In this document: positions 48,040 through 56,806 of the stretch, in pieces
Layout of the letters: each line of letters starts with the position of its first letter
Numbering within the stretch: position 1 is the first letter of the stretch
Assembly (NCBI GenBank): GCA_025774555.1
Contig: JALGVT010000003.1
Coordinates: 72,654 to 136,653, forward strand
Source: a candidate division LCP-89 bacterium
GTDB taxonomy: Bacteria; Electryoneota; B3-LCP
Length of the DNA: 64,000 nucleotides
Direction: 5' to 3'
Translations under genes and position numbers: made by a program
The notes under the pieces: generated by a model
Database searches by the model: none
Seen by the model: only the letters and a program-made list of their open reading frames with translations
Told to the model about the DNA's origin: nothing

Positions 48040-51000
48040 TCATTCCCAGGTAACTCTGTAAAAATAGACGACGTTCAGAAGTGCATAGAGGTCTAAGTAT
48101 TGCGAAACTGCAGTACTATCTATAGGTGATATCCCTGTTGTTTCGAAGTAGGGATCGGTAGAGCGGTAGATGTAATAGACTGATGCACCTGCCATATCAC
48201 TCCAATCTAACAAGACGTCTAAGTCCGACAATGATAAAGTCAGGTCATCAATCGCCTGAATATCGTTTGAAACGATGATATCGATAACATATGGATCCGT
48301 ATAGTTGAAAGTAAACTGAGGCGTCTGCAACAGGTCAACGGTACCACCAAAATGTTCGACACGCGCAGAATACCCAGCAGGCAGAATCGATAGAATATTA
48401 TCGAAATCAACCGTTACCATTCCCTCTTCAGATGCTTCGATAATGCCTTCCCAGGTTTTTACGGATGAAGAATCAAGCGGCGCGCGGGTATCAGTGCTGA
48501 AAATATCTCCCACAGGTGCGAGCCATTCGGGATGATAGAAGACCAGGCGAATATAATCTCCACTGGGTGGAGTCGGTGGCGCAGACATATCGTACCATAC
48601 GTCATATTCATCTGTGGCATTATAATGGACTCCGATCCCCGGAAGATAATCAGACAGATTTCCAAGCGTGACCTCAATCTGAACGAACCAATCATCCTCT
48701 TCATCAGAATTATCTGCTATCATGGGCAATGGTATTTTTTCGGATACTGGAGAGTAGGTCAGCATTTGTAAGCCTGACGATAAAGTCTGCAACCAGTAAC
48801 CTCCCCAGGAATGCAGAGAATCGCTCGATTGGTAGCTCCCCATGGAATTATTATATTGGTACACCGCTGGTGAAATCCATCCGCTATTGACGGCATCGTT
48901 GAATGATTGCGTTATTATACCATTTGTGAAATGAAGAGACTGTAGTAAGATCGGATCAGAATAGGCCGCGCCTACAATATTCCAGTTTAAATCGAGTGGT
49001 AGGAGTGTTGAGTCTCCGGGAACAGTACCCGTCAGATCGACAGCGGCTCCGTTTTCCAGGGCAAGCCAGTAGCCAGCTCCATGCTCAACCTCATCAATCA
49101 GTTCATAACCATATATTTGCGAATATTCATAGACATAGTAAGCACCGGTGATATCATCACCGAAGATGCTGTCGATATTGGCGTATTCCGGGATCAACGG
49201 AATACTCATCATATGCCATCCGGAGCTGAAAACGTGCTCAACATAGACGGAGATGCTGTTCAACAGGTTCATAGAATCAGCATGAGCCTCCAATATCGAA
49301 ATTGTTGAAGTGTGTGCTGGATAGTAAACTCCAAAACCATCGTAATCAGGATAATCATCATGGTATAATATCCAGAGATTGGATCCCGCTGAAGAGTTAC
49401 CTGCTTGCGCCCCAGCAAGGATGACATCCAACCAGCTCTGGAAATACTGGTTGCGAGTAGATATTGGCTGTGATTTGCCGTATTCTTCTAAAATCAGCGG
49501 TTTTCCCAGAAGGGCATCGGTGTCCGCGATATGATCATTTGTCCAGTTAATAGAGGTTGTTAAATTCATCCCCCACCAGTCCGGCCAAGCATGATAACAA
49601 GCAAAGTCAATAGCTTCAGGTTGGTGATTCCGGATAAAGTCAACGCCTTTACTTTCCATCCAGCCGCTGGGATTGTGAGCTGGTCCTGTTGGCCCATAAA
49701 AGCCTTCCGAGCCTGTGGTTACCATATGCAGCGAATCAATTGACTTGATATAAACTGCGGTCTCTTCAATCCAGGTCTGGAGGATATCACCACCCGCATC
49801 GGATGTGCATTCAGGTTCATTTGCCAGTTCCCAGGCAAAAACGGTTGGATCCTCCTTATAGACACGTCCATTGAAGACGTTGACGCGATTAAGAACAGTA
49901 TTTACGTGATTTTCATACCACTCGATACAGAGTTCATCCTGGTAGAAATCATCATGCTCACCTGAAGTTAGCAGGGTCTTCATCTGATCGGAGTGAGATG
50001 ATATTATCGCAATCGTACTCACATCGGAATCATAAACGCTATACCAGCCTTGATGTTCGTGTGGTGGATCTCCAATCCAGGGATCGCCAATGCTCCAGTA
50101 ACTTCCATAGGGTAAAACCGGTCTCCCTTCACCAGCCCAGGACCAGATATTCGTCCCTGCGGCCGGCTGTCCAGAAGATGCCGAAGTATACACTTCATCA
50201 AACATAGCATTGAAGAAAGTATTTCGCCATGTTGTTGACGAACTTGGATCGTAGCTCTCGCTGTCGCGTGCAAGTCCGAATTCTTCAAGCACCATCGGTT
50301 TACCCAGAGAAACAGCTTCAGCTTCGTGATTGTTGAAGTACGTTATTGCAGATGCTTCCGAGCTTGCGTATGTACCGCCCGGATTTGCAGGATCGTACCA
50401 GCCCCAGTTTTGTGGCCAGATATGAATGGTGGTATAGTCGATATCAGGACCGTTGTGGTTCTGGATAAAGTCTAAACCATTCCATGAAGGCCAGGGGGTG
50501 TCACCTTCGCAGCCAGTAGTAACGAGATGATTTGAATCCAAGGATTTGATATAAGCGGCACAATTATCAATCCAGATGTTGAACGCTGCAGCGTTGTTGT
50601 TGAAGCCTCGCGGTTCATTGCACAACTCCCATGACATGATAGCAGGTTCATCACTATATGTTGTGCTCGTATATGGATTTGTGCGGTTGATGATGAAGGC
50701 AATGTGATCCTCAAAGTCCTGCATCGCCCCTGCATTTGAATAGAAGTCCGAGGCGTAATCCTGGAAAGCATCCCAGCTTCCTCCCGGCTCGGGAGGCGGA
50801 TATGGAATTGGACCGCCACCATTCCAATTCACATATTGAGCCATACCTCCCGACCATTGCCAGAAGTTATTCAAGCACATTACCGCTCGAATACCTCGCT
50901 GTTTCATGGCGTAAATAAGGTAATCCAAACCATCGAGAACGTCGGGATCATAAACGCCCGGTGAGGTCTGAAAAGAAGGCACCATACGCCAGGGCTCGGT

Positions 51001-51666
51001 GTCAGGACCTTCCGAACCTGTCATGATGCGCAGATTCGTTATTCCAATCGCTTTAAGAGAATCCAGTTCACGATTAAGTCTATCTCTATCACCTCCGGAT
51101 CCGTTGGAAGCGAGGTTTAATCCGTACCAGTAGTTGGCGCCGACGTAGTAATACTTCCTGCCACCGATTTCGAAATGAGTGCCATTCACTTCGACGAAGC
51201 CGGAAGTCCCCAGAGTATAAGCTGAATCCGCCCAATCGACATACTGATTCATGCCGCCGTAATCGTCCCAATTGTTTATGAACGGCAGGATAAGCCTGAT
51301 ACCTTCTAGATCAGCTTTATGGAGCACATAATCCAGTCCCTGGAAGACATATTCCTGGTAAATTCCCGGGCTGGTCTGCAGAGAGTTCCACTGTGTCACA
51401 CCATCATTAAAAGCCCAGGTGCGCAGAACAGACATATCCATTGCCGCTATCTCTTCGATGACCTCATCCACCGCATAGCGAAGTCCCATATCAGCGGCAT
51501 AGACCATCTGGTAGTAATTATTGGCGCCGGCGTAGTAAAAGGGATTTCCATTCAACGTGAAATGGTTACCATCGCGCGTGGCGATTCCAATATTCTCCGC
51601 GTTAGCAGAGAAAATGAAGACCATAATACTGGGTACCAGGATGAGGTGCTGGATAAATCTGGTCAT
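48040..51666 (-). CDS. Multi-domain family 5 glycoside hydrolase (beta-mannanase-like) with a second GH5 domain apparently inserted into the first
   Basis: Signal peptide. GH5 mannanase strand motifs appear in order: VLRTWAFNDG, ILPFINNWDDYGG...YVDWA. A complete second GH5 domain follows (YYYVGANYWY, NLRIMTGSEG, MCLNNFWQWSGG, WELCNEPR, TTGCEG, IHIWPQNWG, LEEFG). Then come the remaining strands of the first barrel (FAWELANEPEC, VTTGSEGFYG, YHAWPDWWG, LILEEYGKS). A roughly 440-aa C-terminal region shares modules with the 706-aa neighbour. Confidence 0.8.
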   Translation of the reverse strand: MTRFIQHLILVPSIMVFIFSANAENIGIATRDGNHFTLNGNPFYYAGANNYYQMVYAADMGLRYAVDEVIEEIAAMDMSVLRTWAFNDGVTQWNSLQTSPGIYQEYVFQGLDYVLHKADLEGIRLILPFINNWDDYGGMNQYVDWADSAYTLGTSGFVEVNGTHFEIGGRKYYYVGANYWYGLNLASNGSGGDRDRLNRELDSLKAIGITNLRIMTGSEGPDTEPWRMVPSFQTSPGVYDPDVLDGLDYLIYAMKQRGIRAVMCLNNFWQWSGGMAQYVNWNGGGPIPYPPPEPGGSWDAFQDYASDFYSNAGAMQDFEDHIAFIINRTNPYTSTTYSDEPAIMSWELCNEPRGFNNNAAAFNIWIDNCAAYIKSLDSNHLVTTGCEGDTPWPSWNGLDFIQNHNGPDIDYTTIHIWPQNWGWYDPANPGGTYASSEASAITYFNNHEAEAVSLGKPMVLEEFGLARDSESYDPSSSTTWRNTFFNAMFDEVYTSASSGQPAAGTNIWSWAGEGRPVLPYGSYWSIGDPWIGDPPHEHQGWYSVYDSDVSTIAIISSHSDQMKTLLTSGEHDDFYQDELCIEWYENHVNTVLNRVNVFNGRVYKEDPTVFAWELANEPECTSDAGGDILQTWIEETAVYIKSIDSLHMVTTGSEGFYGPTGPAHNPSGWMESKGVDFIRNHQPEAIDFACYHAWPDWWGMNLTTSINWTNDHIADTDALLGKPLILEEYGKSQPISTRNQYFQSWLDVILAGAQAGNSSAGSNLWILYHDDYPDYDGFGVYYPAHTSTISILEAHADSMNLLNSISVYVEHVFSSGWHMMSIPLIPEYANIDSIFGDDITGAYYVYEYSQIYGYELIDEVEHGAGYWLALENGAAVDLTGTVPGDSTLLPLDLNWNIVGAAYSDPILLQSLHFTNGIITQSFNDAVNSGWISPAVYQYNNSMGSYQSSDSLHSWGGYWLQTLSSGLQMLTYSPVSEKIPLPMIADNSDEEDDWFVQIEVTLGNLSDYLPGIGVHYNATDEYDVWYDMSAPPTPPSGDYIRLVFYHPEWLAPVGDIFSTDTRAPLDSSSVKTWEGIIEASEEGMVTVDFDNILSILPAGYSARVEHFGGTVDLLQTPQFTFNYTDPYVIDIIVSNDIQAIDDLTLSLSDLDVLLDWSDMAGASVYYIYRSTDPYFETTGISPIDSTAVSQYLDLYALLNVVYFYRVTWE

Positions 51667-51694
51667 CTTTGTCTCGGGATCATTTATGTTTCAG

Positions 51695-53341
51695 TTATAG
51701 TTGATCGAACTCGCTTGGATCGATCAGAAGGTGGGGTGTGATCAATACGACCACTTCGGTTTTCTCGATTTCGGTAGTAGTATTTCCGAAAAGGTAGCCT
51801 AAAATGGGGATGTCTCCCAGGAAGGGGATGCGGTTTCTCGTCTCTCGCTTGTTTTCGGATACCAGACCACCGATACCAATGGTCTGTCCATTGTCAATCT
51901 GCACCCTGGTCTCCACTGATCTCACGCTGGTTACCGGCAGATCTGTGGCGCCGGATCCAGTGACGTCGCTGACCTCAATCACGATATCTGCCGTGATGTT
52001 GGCTTCACTGCCGACATAAGGCGTGATCATCAGCATGATGCCGGTAGCTATTTTTTCCAGGGTCACATAGCTGTAGGCAGAAGATCCCTGGAGCAGTGAA
52101 TAATAGGCTTCCTTCCCAATGCGAATTGCGGCTTCCTGTCCGTCAGAGGTAGTGATGCGGGGGTTAGCGCGGATGTTTGCCTGATCTTTTATGGCTAATG
52201 CCTGAAGTGCTAAACGCAGATCGAAGACCATACCTTGGTGGTGATCTCCGGTTCTGAACATTTCGCTTAAGAAGAAGGATGTGTCGCTGTAAGAGGGCAG
52301 CAGTTTTGACAGTTTGAACGCATCATTCCCTTTCGTGCCTGACCAATCCCATTCCAAACCGAGCGAACGCCTGGCTTCGTCGCCCATCTCCACGACAAGT
52401 GCTTCTATCAATACCTGCTGAGGGGGGTGGTCAACAGCAGCTAACTCCTCCTTGAAACGGTCGATGATTGCAGGGGGAGCAGATATAACCAGCGTATTGG
52501 TTTTTTCGTTCACCTTAATAAAATTATTATAATAGTCGGGTATGAGTTTAGGAACTTCAGCCGCCGGAAGGTGCTTGGGCTTGACCGCCTCTGTCTGCGC
52601 CAGTAGAGGGAAAGAGGGATTGTCAGCCACCGGCGCGCCGACGATGTAATAGTTTTCAATTTTACGGTAACTATAACCCATCGGCGACAGGATCAGACTG
52701 AGCGCCTGTTCGAGGGGTACGTCGATTATATCAAGCGTTATGTAACCTCTCACCATGGCATCCGGAATGATGGCAATCTCTGTCTGTGCGGAAAGATCCA
52801 TCAGCGCCTGGCGGATATCCGTTTCATAGAAGGAATTGGACACCAGCGGTCCGGAGTGATTTGAATCGGTCATAGAAGGCTCTTCACCGGAATCATTCTC
52901 CTGCCCCTGGAGCTTCTTCAACGCGGCTACACCCTGCTCTGCGCTGCTCTCCCAACTGGCGAGTAGAGGATAATTGGCTTCCACCCGTGGAAAATACTGC
53001 CTCAGCAGGTTGAAGCACCGCGCTGCTTTAACCGGGTCTCCCAGCGCTATATTACACCGCCCCAGCAGATACAGCACTTCGTCCATCCGGTAGTACGATG
53101 GCTCCTGCTGTCCGGTGGATCGCAACAGGTCCGCGGCATCCACGTAATCGCCGGAATCCATCAAGGTGGTGGCTCTCTCGATTATTCCGCTGATACCATC
53201 AGGATATATGCTCTCCATTTCCTGCGGCAGCAGGGGGGGTGACTGCGTGCAAGAAAGGATAAGTAATCCGAGTGATAGCGCGCAACAAACGGGAACCCAT
53301 GAGCGTATAATTTTATAGAAGCGGTTGTAGGGACGTATCAT
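51695..53341 (-). CDS. Secretin (GspD/PilQ family) with N-terminal lipoprotein TPR-like (pilotin-like) region
   Basis: Lipobox LILSCTQS, then a TPR-like segment and secretin N-domain (FYETDIRQALMDLSAQTEIAIIPDAMVRG). C-terminal secretin motif IPFLGDIPILGYLFGNTTTEIEKTEVVVLITPHLL. Confidence 0.8.
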   Translation of the reverse strand: MIRPYNRFYKIIRSWVPVCCALSLGLLILSCTQSPPLLPQEMESIYPDGISGIIERATTLMDSGDYVDAADLLRSTGQQEPSYYRMDEVLYLLGRCNIALGDPVKAARCFNLLRQYFPRVEANYPLLASWESSAEQGVAALKKLQGQENDSGEEPSMTDSNHSGPLVSNSFYETDIRQALMDLSAQTEIAIIPDAMVRGYITLDIIDVPLEQALSLILSPMGYSYRKIENYYIVGAPVADNPSFPLLAQTEAVKPKHLPAAEVPKLIPDYYNNFIKVNEKTNTLVISAPPAIIDRFKEELAAVDHPPQQVLIEALVVEMGDEARRSLGLEWDWSGTKGNDAFKLSKLLPSYSDTSFFLSEMFRTGDHHQGMVFDLRLALQALAIKDQANIRANPRITTSDGQEAAIRIGKEAYYSLLQGSSAYSYVTLEKIATGIMLMITPYVGSEANITADIVIEVSDVTGSGATDLPVTSVRSVETRVQIDNGQTIGIGGLVSENKRETRNRIPFLGDIPILGYLFGNTTTEIEKTEVVVLITPHLLIDPSEFDQL

Positions 53342-53412
53342 ATATCTTCTCGATTTTTATCTACTTCAGACTATGCTCTTTGACATAGTCCCTAAAAACC
53401 CGTTAATGTACT

Positions 53413-55038
53413 CTATTTCAATCCTTTAGGTGTTGTCGTAGTGCTGGTAAAGCTTACTTCGGAGCGCTCCCAGACCGGCTTTTTGCCTAAAGTGACAAAT
53501 TCGGCTTTTACAAGGAAACCACCCTGATCCAATGGCGGCAAGGTCATGCGGAACTCGCGTGAAGATCCCGGCAGAATAATTTCCTCCTGATCTTTGCCCA
53601 GATTCATGAAAGCGATCACCTGTCCATTGGTTCGTTCCAATTGCAATTTGCCCTTGAAGGTCGCGACTTTTCCGCCGCTGTTATAAATTGGCACTACTGC
53701 GGTCGTAGGGTTGGCACCCTCTACGGGGTAAATCAGATTGGGTTTGCTGACCTCCAGCTTTGACGGAGGAGATTTGGGATTCTTGGCTACCAGCAGAACC
53801 CCAAATTCCGCACCGCTCACGCGCCCACCAACTGTCAATGGACCAGTGGCGTTGATGCGTACTGCTTTCACGAATGCGCCAAAACCGGTGGTATCGCGTG
53901 GCACCTTGACCTGAGCTTTGATAGAAGCGGTACGTTTTGATTCTATAGATACAGTTTCCGGGGAGATACTTATCCAATCATTGCTCTCCTGAATCTTTGC
54001 AGGGAATGTAAGGGATCCATCCACTTCCATTTTCACATCGGAGACATAAGCTCGAATTTCAGTGGTACGCTCGTCTCTGTTCTGAATCCTGATGGGAACA
54101 GTGCGCACCGCGCCGGGTGTGAGTGTTAGTTCAACCATTTGGGGATTGACCGACATATCCAGATCGAACTCGGACCTGGTCAGGATTTTACTGGAAACGC
54201 TCTTGCCTGTCAAAGAAGCTGGAACTTCGAATTCCAGATTGCTGACTGAACGTATCGCACCGTTCAAAAGCAAACGTACCTCAGCTCTGTATTTACCAGG
54301 ACTTGGAACTTCCGTGAGAGGACAAATAAGATCAACCTCATAACCAGGATATATTTCAAACGGTTTACCCCCTGGCCTGAAGGGAATTGGAACTTTAGTA
54401 GGAAATATACTTGTAGGTCCATAGAGGAGCATATCCCCAGTAACATCCAATCTCCAAACGCCTGGATTTGAGGCTAAAAGACTTATGCAATAATTATCCT
54501 TTCCTGTCACTGGAACAAGTTTCATATCCTTAACTTCTATATTCGTTTTGCCTCTTCCCAGTACCATCGCCTCAATTTTTATAGAAAGAGCAGGTCGTAC
54601 TAAAACGGCAATATTAGCAGATGGTCGCTCAGGCTGAACCTGTATTATAATATAAGCATAATAGTGACCTGGATTGGCAGTGGGATAGGTTATCGTAATC
54701 GGGATGTCCATTGATCCACCAGCCGGGATTTCTAACTCTTCGGCTACAGATATCCAAGACGCGCAGGATTGATATCCAAGGCCTGCATCTACGACCTGAA
54801 TAGTTCCTTCGTTACTCTGGTTGAGATCCCTGACTTCTATAGTATATCTTGATGTTGCTGTTGTGTTGGTTGCAGCCAATATGAAACTGGAGTTGACTCT
54901 TTGCCCTGGATTGCCTTGCAACTGTATATGTGCAGGACTTATCCCAAATCCTCTACGACTTTCTTCTTGTGTCTGTGCTTCAGAAAGTGAAAGCGCAAAA
55001 AATATGGATGTGAAAATTAGGATAGTACTTTTTACCAT
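53413..55038 (-). CDS. Hypothetical secreted 541-aa beta-rich protein (predicted multiple Ig-like/beta-sandwich repeats)
   Basis: Signal peptide MVKSTILIFTSIFFALSLSEAQTQ; recurring ...ISP...I.L...G...V... strand-like patterns; no catalytic motif. Transcribed just upstream of the secretin gene. Confidence 0.5.
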   Translation of the reverse strand: MVKSTILIFTSIFFALSLSEAQTQEESRRGFGISPAHIQLQGNPGQRVNSSFILAATNTTATSRYTIEVRDLNQSNEGTIQVVDAGLGYQSCASWISVAEELEIPAGGSMDIPITITYPTANPGHYYAYIIIQVQPERPSANIAVLVRPALSIKIEAMVLGRGKTNIEVKDMKLVPVTGKDNYCISLLASNPGVWRLDVTGDMLLYGPTSIFPTKVPIPFRPGGKPFEIYPGYEVDLICPLTEVPSPGKYRAEVRLLLNGAIRSVSNLEFEVPASLTGKSVSSKILTRSEFDLDMSVNPQMVELTLTPGAVRTVPIRIQNRDERTTEIRAYVSDVKMEVDGSLTFPAKIQESNDWISISPETVSIESKRTASIKAQVKVPRDTTGFGAFVKAVRINATGPLTVGGRVSGAEFGVLLVAKNPKSPPSKLEVSKPNLIYPVEGANPTTAVVPIYNSGGKVATFKGKLQLERTNGQVIAFMNLGKDQEEIILPGSSREFRMTLPPLDQGGFLVKAEFVTLGKKPVWERSEVSFTSTTTTPKGLK

Positions 55039-55116
55039 TTGACTTTCCCTTCAATTATAACCATTGTATGCCTGGGAGATAGAAAGCTCCCAGACATACC
55101 TTATTAGGCCAGACCT

Positions 55117-55911
55117 TTAGGGCACACTAAGAGTTACATTAAGATTAGCGGTGTAAACGCCCGCCGGATCAGACATACCATTTCTTTCTACCCTACCATG
55201 GAATGTGAAGGTACCCCTAACATATTGGTTCATTGCTAGAGTGTACGTAGGAGAGCCGGCCATGACCCATGCTTTCTGCGTTGGGAATTCGTTAAAAGGA
55301 TTAACCAGACCTGGCCACACAGCACTGGGAGATTCGAGACCAAAGTCAGTGCCCGCAACATTGGAAAGGTACTGACCGTCATTCCACCCAAACGGGGGTA
55401 CGCCTGCAGTCCAACCACCCATATATGTTGTTCCGTTTGCTATGAAGCCGCCCACATCCCACCACGCTGCTGCTGCAGTGAAGTATGATGGGAGAGTAAA
55501 AGACCCATTAGTAAGATCTCCGGACGGTGTAATTTGAAGGTTCATTCCACCATTGCTGGTTACATAGATATCTGCCCAGTCTCCGGACTCCCAGTACTTT
55601 GCTGATGGGGCTGGAGTCGTGGTGGGATCACCAGACCATGGATCGGTTGCATACGTTTTGAGGCCTGGATCATTGCCACTACTATAAGCGCTGCCCTCAA
55701 TTGCGGTTGTGTTCCACCAGTCATATCCTGGTCCCTGTTCCGGAGCAACTTGACCATTTGGTCCGAAAACGATGTTCATGTCTTGCCACTGGACATCAGA
55801 CCACACCGGTATGTCTAGCGTGACAACTACAGTGCCGGTGTAGGTGATAGGCTGTGCAGACACAATACCTGCAAACGCCAGGACAACAAGAATTATTAGT
55901 GCTTTTCGCAT
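55117..55911 (-). CDS. Hypothetical secreted 264-aa Gly/Trp/Thr-rich protein
   Basis: Signal peptidase I-type signal (AGIVSA|QP); Trp- and Gly-rich (8 Trp, many GxxG); no class III (prepilin) signal. Confidence 0.5.
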   Translation of the reverse strand: MRKALIILVVLAFAGIVSAQPITYTGTVVVTLDIPVWSDVQWQDMNIVFGPNGQVAPEQGPGYDWWNTTAIEGSAYSSGNDPGLKTYATDPWSGDPTTTPAPSAKYWESGDWADIYVTSNGGMNLQITPSGDLTNGSFTLPSYFTAAAAWWDVGGFIANGTTYMGGWTAGVPPFGWNDGQYLSNVAGTDFGLESPSAVWPGLVNPFNEFPTQKAWVMAGSPTYTLAMNQYVRGTFTFHGRVERNGMSDPAGVYTANLNVTLSVP

Positions 55912-56179
55912 TTTCTTCTCCTAAATTTCCGCCCAAGGGTATCTGATCGAGGAATGGGAAGTCGTGTCAAGACCTCTTCCCTGCCGGGGAGGGCGGTGCC
56001 CCCCGGTTCCCCGTCCGGCTTTTTTCTCCGGGGAGCCGGAACCCATTTAGCCGTCGGGCTTATCGCCCGGCGGTTACTCTTTACAAACGCTCAGCTTATT
56101 GCCAGGTCATCACCTCCTTTTTTAGGCTCAAAGCCTTGTTGTTCGGTCGTTATATGAACGTAGTCAATCGAATTGACTA

Positions 56180-56662
56180 TTAATCTCGAGATTCTTCTCC
56201 CTCAATATCAGCGCCTGGCTTCTTATCACGAAGCCGCGCCTTGCCTTTGTTCTCGATTTGTTCCTTAATGGATTGCCTTTGCTGGCATTCTTCCAGCCAT
56301 TCAGCCAACTTTACCAGCTTGATCGGTTTCTTCAGAACCTTATATCCCAGCTCCTCAGCTACCTGTTCGTAATCTTTCAGCCATTCATCGATAATCAGGG
56401 CGATATTGTCGATCTTGAAGCCGCTGTTCAGCAGTAGTTCCGTGAATTCCAATCCGTCCATGATCCGCAGATTCAGCTCACAGATCAAGACGTCCAGGCG
56501 CAAATAATCGTTTGCTTCAGATTCTGGCGGCTTCGCTTTCGGCATCGGATAATATGAGGGATCCTCATAAGGTTCAACCTCATAACCATACACCTCCAGC
56601 ATCTCCACAATCTTGGACCGAACGTGTAAGTTTCTCTCAATAACGCAGGCTTTAGGTTTCAT
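56180..56662 (-). CDS. Single-domain response-regulator receiver-like protein with atypical phosphoacceptor site (Glu in place of Asp) and a charged C-terminal tail
   Basis: Aligns to CheY-like receivers: KACVIERNLHVRSKIVEML..., DVLICELNLRIMDGLEF (CheY DWNMPNMDGLEL, so Asp57 corresponds to Glu), KKPIKL (Lys109 conserved). The usual acidic pair near the N-terminus is ER. Confidence 0.55.
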   Translation of the reverse strand: MKPKACVIERNLHVRSKIVEMLEVYGYEVEPYEDPSYYPMPKAKPPESEANDYLRLDVLICELNLRIMDGLEFTELLLNSGFKIDNIALIIDEWLKDYEQVAEELGYKVLKKPIKLVKLAEWLEECQQRQSIKEQIENKGKARLRDKKPGADIEGEESRD

Positions 56663-56806
56663 GAATGAATCCTACTGCACATTTCCATGATTTTGTTTGC
56701 TATTTTATCAGTGCCATACGCCCACTGGTAGTGAATTGATCTGTAGATAGACGATACAGGTAAATCCCCGAGGCTATATTTCCAGCATCGAATGTAACCT
56801 GGCACT

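Noticed and set aside
53342-53412. Hairpin GACTATG-N8-CATAGTC between the 541-aa gene and the secretin gene as a terminator
   Set aside because: No T-run follows on the transcribed (minus) strand. It is more likely a minor intercistronic structure, and the two genes are probably co-transcribed.
55954-56157. 67-aa plus-strand ORF in the GC-rich intergenic region
   Set aside because: No ribosome-binding site; Pro/Gly/Arg-rich translation typical of GC-rich non-coding sequence. The region is better explained as a structured leader.
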